A DNA stretch of 63,181 nt, filler included, from Reticulomyxa filosa (GCA_000512085.1; 13 parts of 13 records of this genome joined end to end with filler, not necessarily neighbours in it), one strand, 5' to 3'; positions 1 to 13,083 are shown, numbered from the whole stretch's first letter. The notes: generated by a model from the sequence alone, not told the origin. Numbers and translations: made by a program.

Positions 1-2
1 GC

Positions 3-296
3 AATGGAGATGATAAAGGCGACAATGGAAATGATAAAGGCGACAATGGAAATGATAAAATGTACAATGGAGAGAACAGAAACTACAATAGAGACTACAA
101 TAGAAACAATAGAGATTATAATAGAAACAATAGAGATTATAATAGAAACCATGGAAATTACAACAGAGATTACAATAGAAACAATGGAAACTACAATAGG
201 GATTACAATAAGAACAACGACAATAATGGTCGGAGCACCGCGGAAAAACAGGACCATTTGAGGACAATAAAACAATTCGATGAGGGGGATACGTGA
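3..296 (+). CDS. C-terminal fragment of an Asn/Arg/Asp/Tyr-rich low-complexity repeat protein (5' truncated)
   Basis: Frame 3 is open from the window start: NGDDKGDNGNDKGDNGNDKMYNGENRNYNRDYNRNNRDYNRNN...FDEGDT*. Built from roughly 21-nt tandem units. Confidence 0.55.
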   Translation, partial: NGDDKGDNGNDKGDNGNDKMYNGENRNYNRDYNRNNRDYNRNNRDYNRNHGNYNRDYNRNNGNYNRDYNKNNDNNGRSTAEKQDHLRTIKQFDEGDT

Positions 297-1683
297 TGGT
301 TATGCTAAAGTTAATGATGTCTGTTTTTGTTTGTCTTAATTATTAAAATAATGAGGTATTTTGCTGTGATTACAATAAAGTAAGAAATTGAAGTTATGCA
401 AAGACCACAAGCCTGAATTATTTGCCTACTGATGAGGAATCTTTTTTGCAACAGCTTTTTTTTGGTGTAAATTGGCAAAAAACAAATCTGTGATTATCCC
501 GCAAGATTATGACAATTGTTGATGTTATATGTTGTATTAAATTTTTTCATTAGATAATTTATATACGACTTGCTCTTCTGCTACTTAACACGTTCTGCCA
601 GTTGATAATAGGTTCCAGAACATTGAAATTCACCAAATTCAATTTTTAATTGTTTCTAATTTCTTAGAGAAAGCTTTCCTGTTACACTTGGCTTGTACAA
701 AACTGAAAAAAGGCATTTCTGTAAAAATGAGCAATTTGTTATGAAATGATTATTAATATTTCTTATAGAGAAAATTCTAATTTTTAGTTTGTTACAAGAT
801 TTTTGCATAACAGCACAATGAAATCCTTTGTTAATGTTGTTTTTTGAGAAAAAAAGATAAAAACGCGTTAGTAACAAACTGGCAAAGCTGTGACATAACA
901 AACAAGACAGTAAATCATTGTGTCCTTTCAAATCCCTTATTTTCACATATAATTTAAACTGTTGACATTTGTTCTGGGATCGTCCTGACTTTTCTTGAAG
1001 ATAATAGGAAAATTGAACAAGTTATCACTACTCACTTGACTTTGCATCAACAAAGTCAAAAAAATATTTTCTTAGAATATAAGCAAATGTTAAATGTAAT
1101 TTGAATCCATATTTTTTTGATTGAAACGCTAAATAATAAAAATCTTAATTCTGAAAAATTTTTATGAATTCAATCAATTTAACTCCACGTGATTATACTT
1201 TCGAAAAAAGGTCAATCTTTTGTTCTGACAACAAAATTAATAACTTTTGCTCATATACTCTTTTAATGATAAACATAAAAAATCAAATGTAAATACGATA
1301 AATTGTTTTCTTTAAAAAAATTATAAAAAGTTTGATACATGATATGATACTAACACGTAGAATACATTTCAGAATAAATTTTATCTTGTAGAAATAGAAC
1401 CAAGTTGTCCAAGTCAATGGCATTATATTTGTATATTTATTGTTTTTTTCTATTTGTCATAATACATACCAAAGAAAAGGATTAAATACACAATGTTTTC
1501 ATTTACATGAAAAACAATTCTCTTTTCTTTTTAAAATTTTCAAAATATTTTTTCTTTGAAAATTCGTTTTATCTTTAAAAAAAATTGATTTTTGTGAGAA
1601 TTGATCGAACAAACATTTTGTAATTTTTGAAATGATAATCACATATATTGTTGAATTTGAAATGTTATTTTTTGACAGAACTA

Positions 1684-1810
1684 CAGTATGTTGCAAAGAA
1701 AACTGAACGCCTAAAACGATATCTTATGATGATAATTGATTTTTCATTGAGAAAATCAATTATCATCATAAGATATGTTTTAGGCGTTCAGTTTTCTTTG
1801 CAACATACTG
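1684..1810. mobile_element. 127-bp palindromic MITE-like element, Tc1/mariner-pogo type, complete copy
   Basis: Left arm CAGTATGTTGCAAAGAAAACTGAACGCCTAAAACGATATCTTATGATGATAATTGATTTTTC is the reverse complement of the right arm GAAAATCAATTATCATCATAAGATATGTTTTAGGCGTTCAGTTTTCTTTGCAACATACTG, apart from two 1-nt indels. The loop is about 5 nt. TA flanks both ends (1682-1683, 1811-1812). Confidence 0.8.
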
Positions 1811-2279
1811 TATTAATAGAAAAAAATTATTTTCTTGAAATTGTCATTTTTTTGTTTTGGTGCATCAGTATTCGAATGATTTGTATCAATTTTTGTTTTT
1901 ATTGAAAGTGGGAAAAAATTTGTTTTTTAAATGGCAAGTGAAATACGAACAATTTCTATTAACTTTCTCTTTACAGTAGGACAGTGCATTCTACAAAAAT
2001 TAAAAGAAAAACATTTTAAACAATTATAAGTTTATTGAAAACAAAACCAGAAATCATTGAAACAAATAATTATTGTCATTGTAATAGTCATTATGGACAC
2101 AATGCAATACAACAATGAACAAAACAACAGTAACATTATTTTTCAAAACAAAAAAATGTAATTTATAAGTTTGCTCTTCCATTTGCAAGCTTTTAATCAA
2201 ATATTCATAATGATTATCTTTGCTTGTAACGTTAGCTAAATTAAATTCAAAATCTTTACTCATTGCATTAGTTGAACCC

Positions 2280-2670
2280 TCTTTTTGTTCTTGTCGTTGT
2301 TCAGAAGCTTCAAACGTCACATTGATATTTTGTCTTGACTGCTGTCTTCTATGTTTTGATTTGATTAAATTCGATGTTTGTACTTGTTGTCCAGAGGCTT
2401 CATGTGTTGAATCACCTTTTTGTTCCAGTGTTGTCCAGAAGCTTCATATGTTGCATTGATTGAATCTGCTTTTTGTTTTAACTAAAAGTGTTACGTCTTA
2501 GATCTTGTTGTTGTCCAGAAACTTTATGTGTTTAGTCTTCTTTTTGGTCCAGTTGTTGTCCAGAAGTTTCATGAATTACATAACTGAACTCACTTTTTGT
2601 TTTAACATTCGCCTTCCAAAAGTTTTACGTCTTAAATCTACTCTTTGTTCTAGTTGTTGCCCAGCGTATT
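2280..2670 (-). pseudogene. Degenerate repeat-protein coding relic (HE[AT]SGQQ-type units)
   Basis: About 6 imperfect copies of TTGTTGTCCAGAAGCTTCATG at irregular spacing. The minus strand translates to HEASGQQ/HETSGQQ motifs broken by stops and frameshifts. Confidence 0.45.
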
Positions 2671-5413
2671 CATATACTAAATCTATACAGTGATATTAAT
2701 GCAACAAAAAATATTTGACAAACATCATATCCAAGATAAACCATAAATTTGCTTCATAATGGCGACAATATGAATTACATTTTTCTTTACAATTTATTTG
2801 ATTTATGAAATAACACAACAAAATGCTTTATATTTTTATAAATTAAAATATGCAATCAACAATATCATCAAATCGTATACTTGTTATCGATAATAGTTTG
2901 CTTGGAGTGTAGAAATATAAAATTATTTATTTGACAATTTCAATAATGTTAGTAAAATTTAATTTGTTGCTACATTCAAATATGCGTCAGTGCTCATACT
3001 AATAGATATTCAAATATGATTATCCATTGTTTATATTGTTGATTGGATATCAATATGTTTATAATCCACGATATATATTTGATTTGAATATATTTGTTGT
3101 TGTGATGAAATATTGTACATTATATCCACTTGAAGAATATATTCATAATTTATATAGTCATCACCTGAACTTAATGGTGAATATCGTAAACTGTCAACTT
3201 CTTCAGATGAAGATAATGCAGAATCTTTATATCATTATCATCTTTGCAATAATTACAATTTTTGTCATCTTTATTTTCTCTTTTTTTTCTTTATACAATT
3301 GTCTTCATAAGTTGACAATGATTTTTTGTACTATAAAGCAAACAAATAAACAAACAAAATATAAATATATAAATATTGTTATACATTACATACAATCGTC
3401 CAAATCTTGATAATTACTGTACATCAATTCATCTTTGCAGTCTAATAATAAATACTATTTTCCACTATAATAAGAATCAAGTATATTATTATACAAATAT
3501 TATACATATATATGTATGTATATTTAAACAGATATTCATTAATTTCTTCTATATATCATGACTTTGTTTCAGTCAAAGTATTTGTTGCATAAATAATTTG
3601 ACAATTTTAATTGCAAAATTATAAGTCGTCATAACAATTTTTATACAGATCCTTAAAAATACTTTCCTGTTAATAGATTTGTTACCAGTAAAACTCAGGA
3701 TTCATATAATATATACATATAGTTTTTTCTTTTAGTACTATTTATAAAAATAGTTATATTGCTTTGCATAATTTGTATAATACTTTAAATGAATCATTTT
3801 ATCTACTACAACGTATCAACTATATGATATATTACCAATTTACAAGTATATTTTTTTAACATATATCATATATAATAAAAGTCTCAACAATAAATTTTTA
3901 AAATAATATCTTTTTAGTTGTATTTGCATTTTAATAAGTATTTTCATCATTGCCTTCATCTTCATCATTAATTTTTCTTTTATTATTTACTTTAATATTT
4001 CCTTCAAATTCTTCGTTTTTATCTTAATGTTTTAGTTTTCTTTTTTGTAATTTATTTACAATTTCTTCTATTCTAATAGCTATATTGTTTTTTTCAAGCC
4101 ATAACGCAATATTTTAACTAGTGATATAATCCAATGAACATTTTTTGAATCACTTGAATAATTTCATTTTAAATTTTGATCTAATTTCTATATTTTTCTG
4201 TATATGACCAAGTTCAATACAAACTTAATTTAGATATTCAATGATCATTCCCAAACTTGTTCCAGTCCAAACTAAATAACTCCATTTGGACTATCATATC
4301 AACAAATCAAAAGGTTAGCTATAAGTTAGTTCATTTCTTGGATCACTTTTTTGAATTAACTCGAATAAATCTTCGTGTGCTTCTTTTGACATATTTGAAT
4401 ATTTTTCTCATCGAAAATTTATTTAAATACAGTATAGTATACTTACTCCAATGCATACTTAAATATTCTTTTGCTGTGTACATATTTGATATACTATATA
4501 GTTTGATACCACATTTTTTTAATTCTGTTTTCATTTTTTCTGTAATTTTACCCAAATTAGATAAAAGGTAATCATCTTTCTTTTTTTCTTCTACATTTCC
4601 GTTATAAAATGATTTTTTTGCTTTCTTTGATATATGAAGATATAAAATTGTATTTTCTTTTTGCCAATGTCGTAAAACGATACCACAATCCTCTTTTAAT
4701 TTGTCTGCACATGCTTGAAAATCTTTTTTAAAAAGGTAATATAGAATAAAGATAACTATACTACGCATTTTATGCGTTGTATTGCACTGACTACATTAAA
4801 GCATATACCTTTGAGTTTTGATTGTACAACAAAAAAAATCACATATGCTTAGTAATCTTGTACTTTGCTCAGCATAGCATTGTCACCTTAAGTGGGTATA
4901 AAAAAAAAACACAAATATAATATAAGTAACAAAATAACTAAAAAAAACTTCATAGCTATTACATTTAACAAGTAAAAAAATCTAACAATAATTTCAACTA
5001 TCTTGACAACAAAAAAAAAAGGAAAAAAGGAAAAATTTTTTTTAATTTATTTTGTTTTTTTAAATTGTAATAATATTAAAACGCAAATTCAAGTGAAAAA
5101 TACAATAAAATCCAAACAAGTAAAAAATTTGCAAAAAAATTTTGTGACATGTTTGAAAATTAATATTACATTTTTTTCATAATTGTCTTTATAAAATGAC
5201 AAAACAAATAAAAAACATAAAAATAACGGAAAAATAACTATAAAAAAACCATTGAAATAAATTGTTGTATTAAAAAAAATGCTTTTAAACTAAAAAGTTA
5301 AAAAACGACGGTCAAACTTTTTAAGTCCTAAACGAATCCTTTACTTTTTTTGTTGCTTTTGTTTTTGTTTTTTCGCGTAGTTATTTCGAATAATAAAAGA
5401 AGCAAACAGTAGC

Positions 5414-6791
5414 ATGCAGATTGAATTGAAGGTCAATGATTCAGACAATCTTCCCACGGAAAACAAAGGAGTTGAGTGTTGGCACAATCAAGTGCTAACA
5501 TGGTTCGTGTTTGGGAGATTTAAACCGTCTCAGAAAATGACTCTGGACAATTCATTAGAAGTAAGCTTAGCAAATTCAGATCAGGAGATGTCTCAGATGG
5601 CCAAAGAAAGATATATTTTCCACAGCGAGCCGTGTATAGTATTTACAATTTGGTTCGTTTTACATTTCTGGGAATCCTCATTTATTGGGATTGTCAAGAC
5701 AAAAAGCAGGCGTTAAAAAATTTCTTTAAAAGTCCAGACCAATGTTGTTATTGTCTCCTTAATGCCTTGGATTCCTCAAAGTTGCGTTTAGAATGGAGTG
5801 TATGTGCCCAAAGTTTTGGCGATGCCATTTGTTATGCTGGGAATTATTCCACACCGTATATTGTCAAAGATCAATGTGACAGTTTGGTTTGAAGAGAAAA
5901 AAAAAAAATATTGCATTTGGCTCCAATTTTTTTTGGGGTCTCTATATTTTACTCCGTACGTATACTTGAATAAAAAAAAAAAAAAAAACAGAGGACAAGC
6001 ATTTTTCTTGCTTATCAACTTTTGCGTTTCAATCTTGGCATAAAGATTATATGGTGTATGGGATAACGTCATTGACAATGGCGCTGACATATTCATGCGG
6101 TTTGTATCTGGCAACAAGATGTTGCCCACAAATGTCCCCTTGTATCGCATTTTTCAACGTGATACTCTCTTCAGCGTGTTTGTTTTGGTATTTGACGGTT
6201 CGTCAGTTTGTCAAAACAACAAACGGATTGAATGACAATTGGTACAATACCTATGGCAGCGATGTGTCGGACGCGTGTTATGAGGATGCCTTTACACTAC
6301 GATTGGTGGATGTATTTCGAACGCTTGCAGTAATTGTTTCTACCCTTTTTTTTGTTTCTTTAGCTCTCCAATTCTATTATTTTGTGAAATGGCGCATAAC
6401 TTGCGAAAACCGCTTATGTAATCTGGTCCATTCTTCCATTATTTTAGGAGTATTTGCAGTTACGACCATCTTGCTTGGATTTTCGAGTCTCATTTCCTTT
6501 TTTATTGGATTTGTGCAGCTCGAAACATTGGAACATGAACCTATTCACCAATTTGTTTTAGGGCCTCTTGTTGTCATTATCAGCACTTTGGGCTATTTTG
6601 ATATTTTTTTATGGCGCTGTTGCTGCAAAAACAAAAATATTTGGTTTTCTGACGAAGTTTGGGACTTTTTTGTTGCGTTCGCACAAGCAATGAAAGAATG
6701 GCTATACCAACAAATAATTTGTATAACCAACTCCAGAACACAACAGAAGCATTCTGTCCTCGATTTTAATAATATTGGAGTCATATCATAG
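5414..6791 (+). CDS. Hypothetical multi-pass membrane protein (spliced)
   Basis: Consecutive plus-strand ORFs 5414-5716, 5798-6043 and 6051-6791 contain many hydrophobic segments. Intron-like GT...A-run...AG stretches lie between them (e.g. about 5956-5991). Confidence 0.6.
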
Positions 6792-8241
6792 ATTTAAACG
6801 ATATCTATTAATTCACTTTTTTTTTGTCAATAAATAGTTGAGTCGTTACTTCGACGTTATTGAGCAGTAATATGAATTTTTTATGTGATGATACACAACT
6901 TTTATTTTTTTTTAACTTGCATATGATTGTGATCAAAAATTTCGGGAACATTGACATTTTGGAGCCTGCGAAAGTAAAAAAATGGAGTACTTTTTTCTTT
7001 GTTAAACACTTGTTTTGTAATCAAACAACTAGTCAATGTTCACTTGACATAGTAATGTGTTATAAGATAATACAAATGTTTTCTGAAGTGAGAAAATTAC
7101 GATTTGCCAAAAAAGTGGTCGCTGATTCATCATATGTTCTACCTAACCATGCATAAGCCATTATAATATCATCATCGTAATCATTATGTAATGTTTGTAG
7201 TTTAAAACAAAGAATAAAATGAAAATGTGCTAAACTTTAATTCATCTAATTCATCTATTAATTAACAAAAAAACAACTGAAAGCAATCATTACAATAACT
7301 ACAAAGTCTAAAGGAGAAACATTCAAAACTATATCACTTAAAACTCTTCATTTTGTCATAGGTTTGATTCTTCTTCAAAAGAAAATTAGGACTAAAAAAA
7401 AGACAACAACAACTTGAATCTATCTCTCTGTCTGGTGGACCAGTGTTTGTTTGTTGTGCTCAAACAAAACTAAACGTTTTTTTCTTCGAGCAACCACTGT
7501 TGACAAACTTTCTTTTTGTCTCTTCTTCAAAGACGTAGTGTCTATATGTTTTTTTTGAACAAAAAAATCGATTCGCCTTTTAGCTTTCCCTGAAACAATT
7601 GCGGTAACAGTGTTGTCTGACCTGAGTAAGACCAATCTTTTTTTTACTGATGGAAGTTTTAGTCCTTACCATTTTCTATCATCTCATTTTTCATCGCTTT
7701 TTTTTCAAAATCAAACGAGTAAAATGTAGAATCTGGTGACAAAAGCAAAGTTTTATCACGTGTTCATCACGGCAAACGGCACTATTACCTGCCTAACTAA
7801 AAGACTACCAAATTAAAAAAAATTTTCTTTTCAAGTGCATTCCTCTTTATATCCTGTAGTAAAATTTTTGATAGAATAACTTTTATATTTATATATTTTT
7901 TGTGTTTCTTGAGTTGTTTAGTGTAATAAAAATCCAGCATTAGAGTATCCTTTCAGACTAGTTTCAATATATTAAAGAAAAAGAAATTGTTCATACTTTC
8001 CCCTGGCGTGAATATTTGTGAGATAAAAGACGATGAATAAGGTTCAATTTTTTTATCAAACACTACATTTTTTGAAAAAAGGATTATCGGGTCTGTGTAC
8101 TCCTAGTTTATTTAATATTGACATCTTAAGTTGTTGTGTTGAGCATTGTAATCAAAGACGTTGCGGTTAAAGAGACACGCAAAAAAAAAAAAAAAAAACG
8201 AAAAGACAAGAAAAAAGAACTGTTAGGAAAAAAAAAACGTT

Positions 8242-8341
8242 NNNNNNNNNNNNNNNNNNNNNNNNNNNNNNNNNNNNNNNNNNNNTTAATTAATTAANNN
8301 NNNNNNNNNNNNNNNNNNNNNNNNNNNNNNNNNNNNNNNNN
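8242..8341. other. Artificial contig linker N44-TTAATTAATTAA-N44. First of 12; the others are 14593-14692, 28096-28195, 30395-30494, 34323-34422, 36328-36427, 37490-37589, 40782-40881, 44354-44453, 58081-58180, 59645-59744 and 61078-61177
   Basis: An identical 100-nt block with a six-frame stop cassette recurs 12 times. Genes are truncated at these points, and base composition jumps at the two linkers flanking 59745-61077. Confidence 0.98.
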
Positions 8342-9008
8342 TGAAAATTCAATTCCATAAACACCATCAGTATGTTCATTAAATAATTGTAATTGTCGAT
8401 TATCTTTAATATCCCAACAACGAATGGTTTTGTCCCATGATGAAGAAAAAATGACGTGACGACGATTATTGTGATAATGATATGGTGAAAACCTTACACA
8501 AAGCACAGAATCTGAATGTCCACTGAATAATTGAGTTTGTTTGCTGTTATCAATATCCCATACGCGAACTGTGTTATCATCTGATCCAGAACAAAGTAAA
8601 TTAGTACTATCAAATGTCGAATAGTCAATACTCCACACATAAGCATTATGTCCACGCAAAGTTTTGAGTAACTTGGACGATGAACAAAATATATCAAGCA
8701 TGAAGATGTTAATTGCCTACATCAAATTATGATTATTAATTATAATAATGAATAAATATTTGAACTTATTGATTATCACATAAATAAAAAACGTAACATA
8801 ATTGACAATAAATTTGTCAAAATCTTTGATCCATCCAAAGTGAATGTGTAATATTCGAATCCAATGTCTGATAATTATTTGGATCTGTTCTTCTATCTGT
8901 TTCAGTCACAAACAAAATATAACAAAAACTAGCTTTTTGAAAGACTGAAATGTAGTCTACCAATTTTGGTTGTATTGGGGTTTGTTTTTCATTAATAAGA
9001 GTAGTCAT
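8342..9008 (-). CDS. WD40-repeat protein, 5' part (3 exons; truncated by contig end)
   Basis: Exons read MTTLINEKQTPIQPKL / IEEQIQIIIRHWIRILHIHFGWIKDFDKFIVNY / AINIFMLDIF...GHNAYVWSIDYS...SGSDDNTVRVWD. GH...WD repeats and GT-AG introns are present. Confidence 0.9.
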
Positions 9009-9239
9009 TCTTTCAATTTCTATTAACTATTGCAGATGAAAAACTACCCGAACTTTTTTATACCGATTTCAAAACAAAGAAATTAGAAAAAAAATAATTT
9101 GTTTGAAATTGAGTATGGCACGAAATTATAAAATCAATTCCATATTTAATAGATTTTTAACAAGAATTTTGAAACAATTCAAAAAATGTAATATAAATTC
9201 TACATTTTAAAATAAACAAAACTTAATCAATAGTGTTCA

Positions 9240-9880
9240 TCCCCAAACACGGATTGAACTATTGCATGAGCCGTAACATAAATGAACACTATTTGGTTTT
9301 TGTTTATTGTCCTTTGCTTCATTTTTCAATGCTACAAATTTTAGACATAATATTCCATTGTTATCACATACAATTCCCTTTTATTTGATCGAATATCCCA
9401 AAATCGAATTGTATTATCCAATGACTTAGAACATAAATATTTACCACCATTAAATGGTGAAAATTCAATTCCATAAACAGAAATATCTTTATTAAACATT
9501 TTCAATTGCTGACCTTCTTTAAAATCCCAAAAACGGATGGTTTTATAATTTGATGAAGAATAAATAACGTGACGACGATTATTATGACAATGATAAAAAT
9601 GAAAATTTCACAATCTGAATGTCCATTAAAAAATACATATTCAAATGAAAAATAAAAATTAAAGACATAACCATATTTAACAACGAATTTATCAAACTCG
9701 TGAGTCCATCCTAATTTAATCTTTTAATATTCGAATCCAATGTTGGATAATAATTTGAATGTCTCTTTCTTTTGACTGATCCAACATACAATAAATATAA
9801 TAATAAGCCAAAGATAAATAATTTTCTCAAAGATTAAGGAATGAAGCTTACCAGTGATTGTCGTGAAGTCATTCTTCAGC
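9240..9880 (-). pseudogene. WD40-repeat pseudogene with internal deletions
   Basis: Same family motifs (IQIIIQHWIRIL, SSNYKTIRFWD, GIEFSPFNGGKYLCSKSLDNTIRFWDIRSNKRELYV), but frameshifted and missing several repeats. Confidence 0.8.
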
Positions 9881-10182
9881 ACTTTTTGGAAAGCGGCTTA
9901 GACGATGGATGTAAGTAGAAAAAATATTTGAAGTTTTAGTATTAAGAGTGATCTTTATGTTAGTTACAGAAGGGGGGGGGAGATCATTTTGGCATTCTTA
10001 TTCGATTGATATTTACAAAAACAAATTGCATATAACACTGTTATTGGAATAAATTGTCATTAAACGGAAAGCTGCAATATGATTATCATTTTGAAAAAGA
10101 AAATCATTTAAAAATTAAATGATTTATTTTAATTCATCGAAAGAGAATTTCAACACATGTTTTTATTGTTGGAAAAATGTTA

Positions 10183-10720
10183 TTATCCCCAAATACGAAT
10201 AGGACCCTTGTATGAACCATAACACAGATTAATACTATTTTTTCTTAAATGTAGAAATGTGAAACAATTTATTCCACTATCTTGAGTGCTATCTCCTTTG
10301 ATCATATAACATTCTTTTTTATTTGATCGAATATCCCAAAATCGAATTGTATTGTCTTCTGATGCGGAACATATTACATTTGAATTAATGCCAATTTTGA
10401 TATTATTTACTACAAATGGTGAATATTCAACAGCAATGACCGAGCCTTTATGTCTGCCGAACATTTGAATTTGTTGACCAGAGCGAATATCCCATAAACA
10501 CATACTTTTATCGTCTGATCCAGATAATATTGTATTTGCGCCACCAATATTCCCTAATTTATTGGATCCATATTTTACGCTACACACTACATCTTTGTGT
10601 CCTCTGAAAATAACCAACCGTTTGGCTTTTTCAATGTCCCATATTCGTATGGTTTTATCCCATGATCCAGAACAAATGGTATATCCATTACCACCAATCA
10701 CACCAATAATCTTACTTTTA

Positions 10721-10758
<38 letters not shown>

Positions 10759-11585
10759 GTTATTGTCATTACTTTGCAATGGTGAAATATCTACACATCT
10801 AATACCGTTACCATGTCCATTGAAAACATGCAATGATTTGTATGCTTCAACATCCCATAAACGGATAGTATTATCACCAGATCCAGAGCATAAATATTTA
10901 CCACCACTAAATGATGAAAATGCAATGCTACAAACACCATTAGTATGTTCATTGAGTGTTTGTAATTGTCGATTGCCTTTGATATCCCAAAAACGAATGG
11001 TTTTGTCATTCGATGAAGAACAGATCACATTTTGACGATGATTGTAATAATGGTATGGTGAAAATTTCACACAAAATACAGAGTCTGAATGTGCATTGAA
11101 AAATTGAGTTTGCTTGTTATTGTCTATATTCCATAAACGAATTGTTCTATTATCTGATCCAGAACAAATAAGTTGGCAATCATCAAATGTTGAATAATCA
11201 ATACTATACACACATCCAGTATGTCCAATGAATATTTTGAGCAACCTCGAATATGAACGAAACGTATCAATCATAAAGAAGGAGAGTACCTAAATATAAC
11301 AACACATTCATTTTGGACGTGTCATTTAAATGAATAAAAAAGGTACATAACATAATTGACAACAAGTTTGTCAAAATCATTGATCCATCCTAATTTGATT
11401 TTTGACATTCGAGTCCAATGGTGAATAATAATTTGTATCTCTTTTTCCTCTGCCTAATTCATTCACAAATTACACACAATAAATACAACAGAAAACTAAA
11501 GACTGCTAACTTTCTGAAAACTTGAAATAAAGTTTACCAATTCTAGCTGAGTCGAAGTTTGTTTTTTATTGTCAAGAGTTGTCAT
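10183..11585 (-). CDS. WD40-repeat protein, apparently intact (3 exons)
   Basis: ATG at 11585 (MTTLDNKKQTSTQLEL), exon 2 AEEKEIQIIIHHWTRMSKIKLGWINDFDKLVVNY, then a long exon with about 7 WD repeats ending GPIRIWG*. Contains a poly-Asn insert. Confidence 0.92.
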
Positions 11586-12821
11586 TTTTTCAGCTTTTTT
11601 CGTTTTTTTCCGCTTAAGATCGTCCTCGATGATGTAAAATGGAAAATATTGAATTTTTTTTTCTAAGCTCAATGAGGGGGGGCTTTCAAAAATACACAAT
11701 CGCATTGATGATAGTAGTTTTAACAAGAATACTGAAACCTTATCAAAAAAATTATCCACTTTGCTTTTAAATATAACAATATTTGAACTTTTTATTTTCT
11801 AAAAACCAAAATTCATAATTTAAATTTTGACAAAGAAATTTCTCTAAATTTGTATGATATGAGTTTAATTCAAATCGAAGCGCTGAAAAATATTTCTAAA
11901 ACAGCATTTTCTGTGAAAGTTGATCAAATATTCCCGTCGTATCTCTTCAAAAGAAGAACGTAAGAGGCAGAGTATGTAATTGAACATTTGGCTCGTATTC
12001 AAACTTGAGAAACATAACATAAAAATGTTTCAAGTAGTTAATTTGTTTCTTTCACACGATATCATTCGTTGATTTTATTGTTGTTGTGTAATGTTTCATT
12101 TCCTTACGTTGTAAGTCATGAAATGGAATCATTCAAAGATTTCGTATTTTATCCACAAATCTGGCACATTAAAAAATATCATTGTTATTGATATTTTTTA
12201 AAGTTTTTTTTGCAATTGCATAGTTTTTGTCCGTGGTTCTTTTCTTTCCCTTCAAACATTTTGGTTTATTTTTCTTGTCCAAAAAATGTCAACATCACAA
12301 AGTGAAAATTCACCATCGTCATGGTGTAAGATAATACATTTCCGTTTGAGGCAGTGTTAACACACTGAACGATTTAAAAATCCTATCAACGGAAGAATTA
12401 GAAAAACTGATTGAAGAACTGTAGATGAATGGCTCCGAAAAACCAACATTTTTCAATCTCATAAGATTATTAATTACAAATAAAGTCTTAAAAGTTAGCG
12501 CCATTTTTGTTTGTGTCAACATTTTTGCATTTCAGAGGAATAAAAAAAACAGTGAAGAAAATAATTTTGGTGAGTTCGATAAAAAATTAGAAAATCTGGG
12601 TTTTATTAACTCAAGAGTTTATGAATTTCACTCATCAGATATAAAAGATTTATTTAAACTTAAATTTAAGTGAGAAAATTTTTGGAGTCTGTGAAATTGT
12701 GATCAGGATCTACTCCAATTCGAAAATGGTGTAACTCCGTAAATCGGAGAAGCTATAAAATTGGATCCTGCAGAATTCAGTAGATTAAAAGAGACTATTA
12801 CTGCTCATCGGCCTTGGCAAT

Positions 12822-13039
12822 ATGAGTGATGAAACCTTTCAAAGTTTAAAGAATTTGCACATGGCACTTAATTTATCTCAATATGTGCCATATAAACACG
12901 AAATCCTCATTTGTGGAGGCTTTGGTAAAAAAAAAATTGCTACTCTTACCATACGCTCAAAAATGATTACAAGCTTATCTGTAAGTATCCAAGAGATATC
13001 TTTTTAAAAGGACACTGTGTAGTAAAACTAGTAGATAAC
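12822..13039 (+). pseudogene. Kelch-like/beta-propeller family 5' fragment, frameshifted and truncated
   Basis: MSDETFQSLKNL...HEILICGGFG.. then, after a frameshift, NCYSYHTLKNDYKLICKYPRDIFLKGHCVVKLVDN. The GG motif followed by a Y.Y strand is kelch-like. It ends abruptly at the MITE half-copy. Confidence 0.65.
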
Positions 13040-13081
13040 AAGATATCGTTTTAGGCGTTCAGTTTTCTTTGCAACCTACTG
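13040..13081. mobile_element. Partial arm of the palindromic MITE-like element
   Basis: AAGATATCGTTTTAGGCGTTCAGTTTTCTTTGCAACCTACTG followed by TA. One mismatch to the reverse complement of the 1684 left arm. Confidence 0.8.
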
Positions 13082-13083
13082 TA

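Noticed and set aside
2280-2670. CRISPR-like repeat-spacer pattern
   Set aside because: Repeats are degenerate, spacing is irregular, spacers resemble each other and no cas genes are present. A decayed repeat-protein gene explains it better.
3000-4770. Minus-strand coding-like relics, including ORF 4343-4768
   Set aside because: Multiple stops and no recognisable domain; cannot be called.
8242-8341. Recurrent TTAATTAATTAA palindrome as a biological repeat
   Set aside because: It is always embedded in identical N-runs. It is an artificial six-frame-stop contig spacer.
10562-11035. Plus-strand 157-aa ORF with poly-Leu, and similar antisense ORFs over the BEACH, RNF213, RNASEH2B and pil genes
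   Set aside because: These are shadow frames of well-supported genes on the opposite strand.
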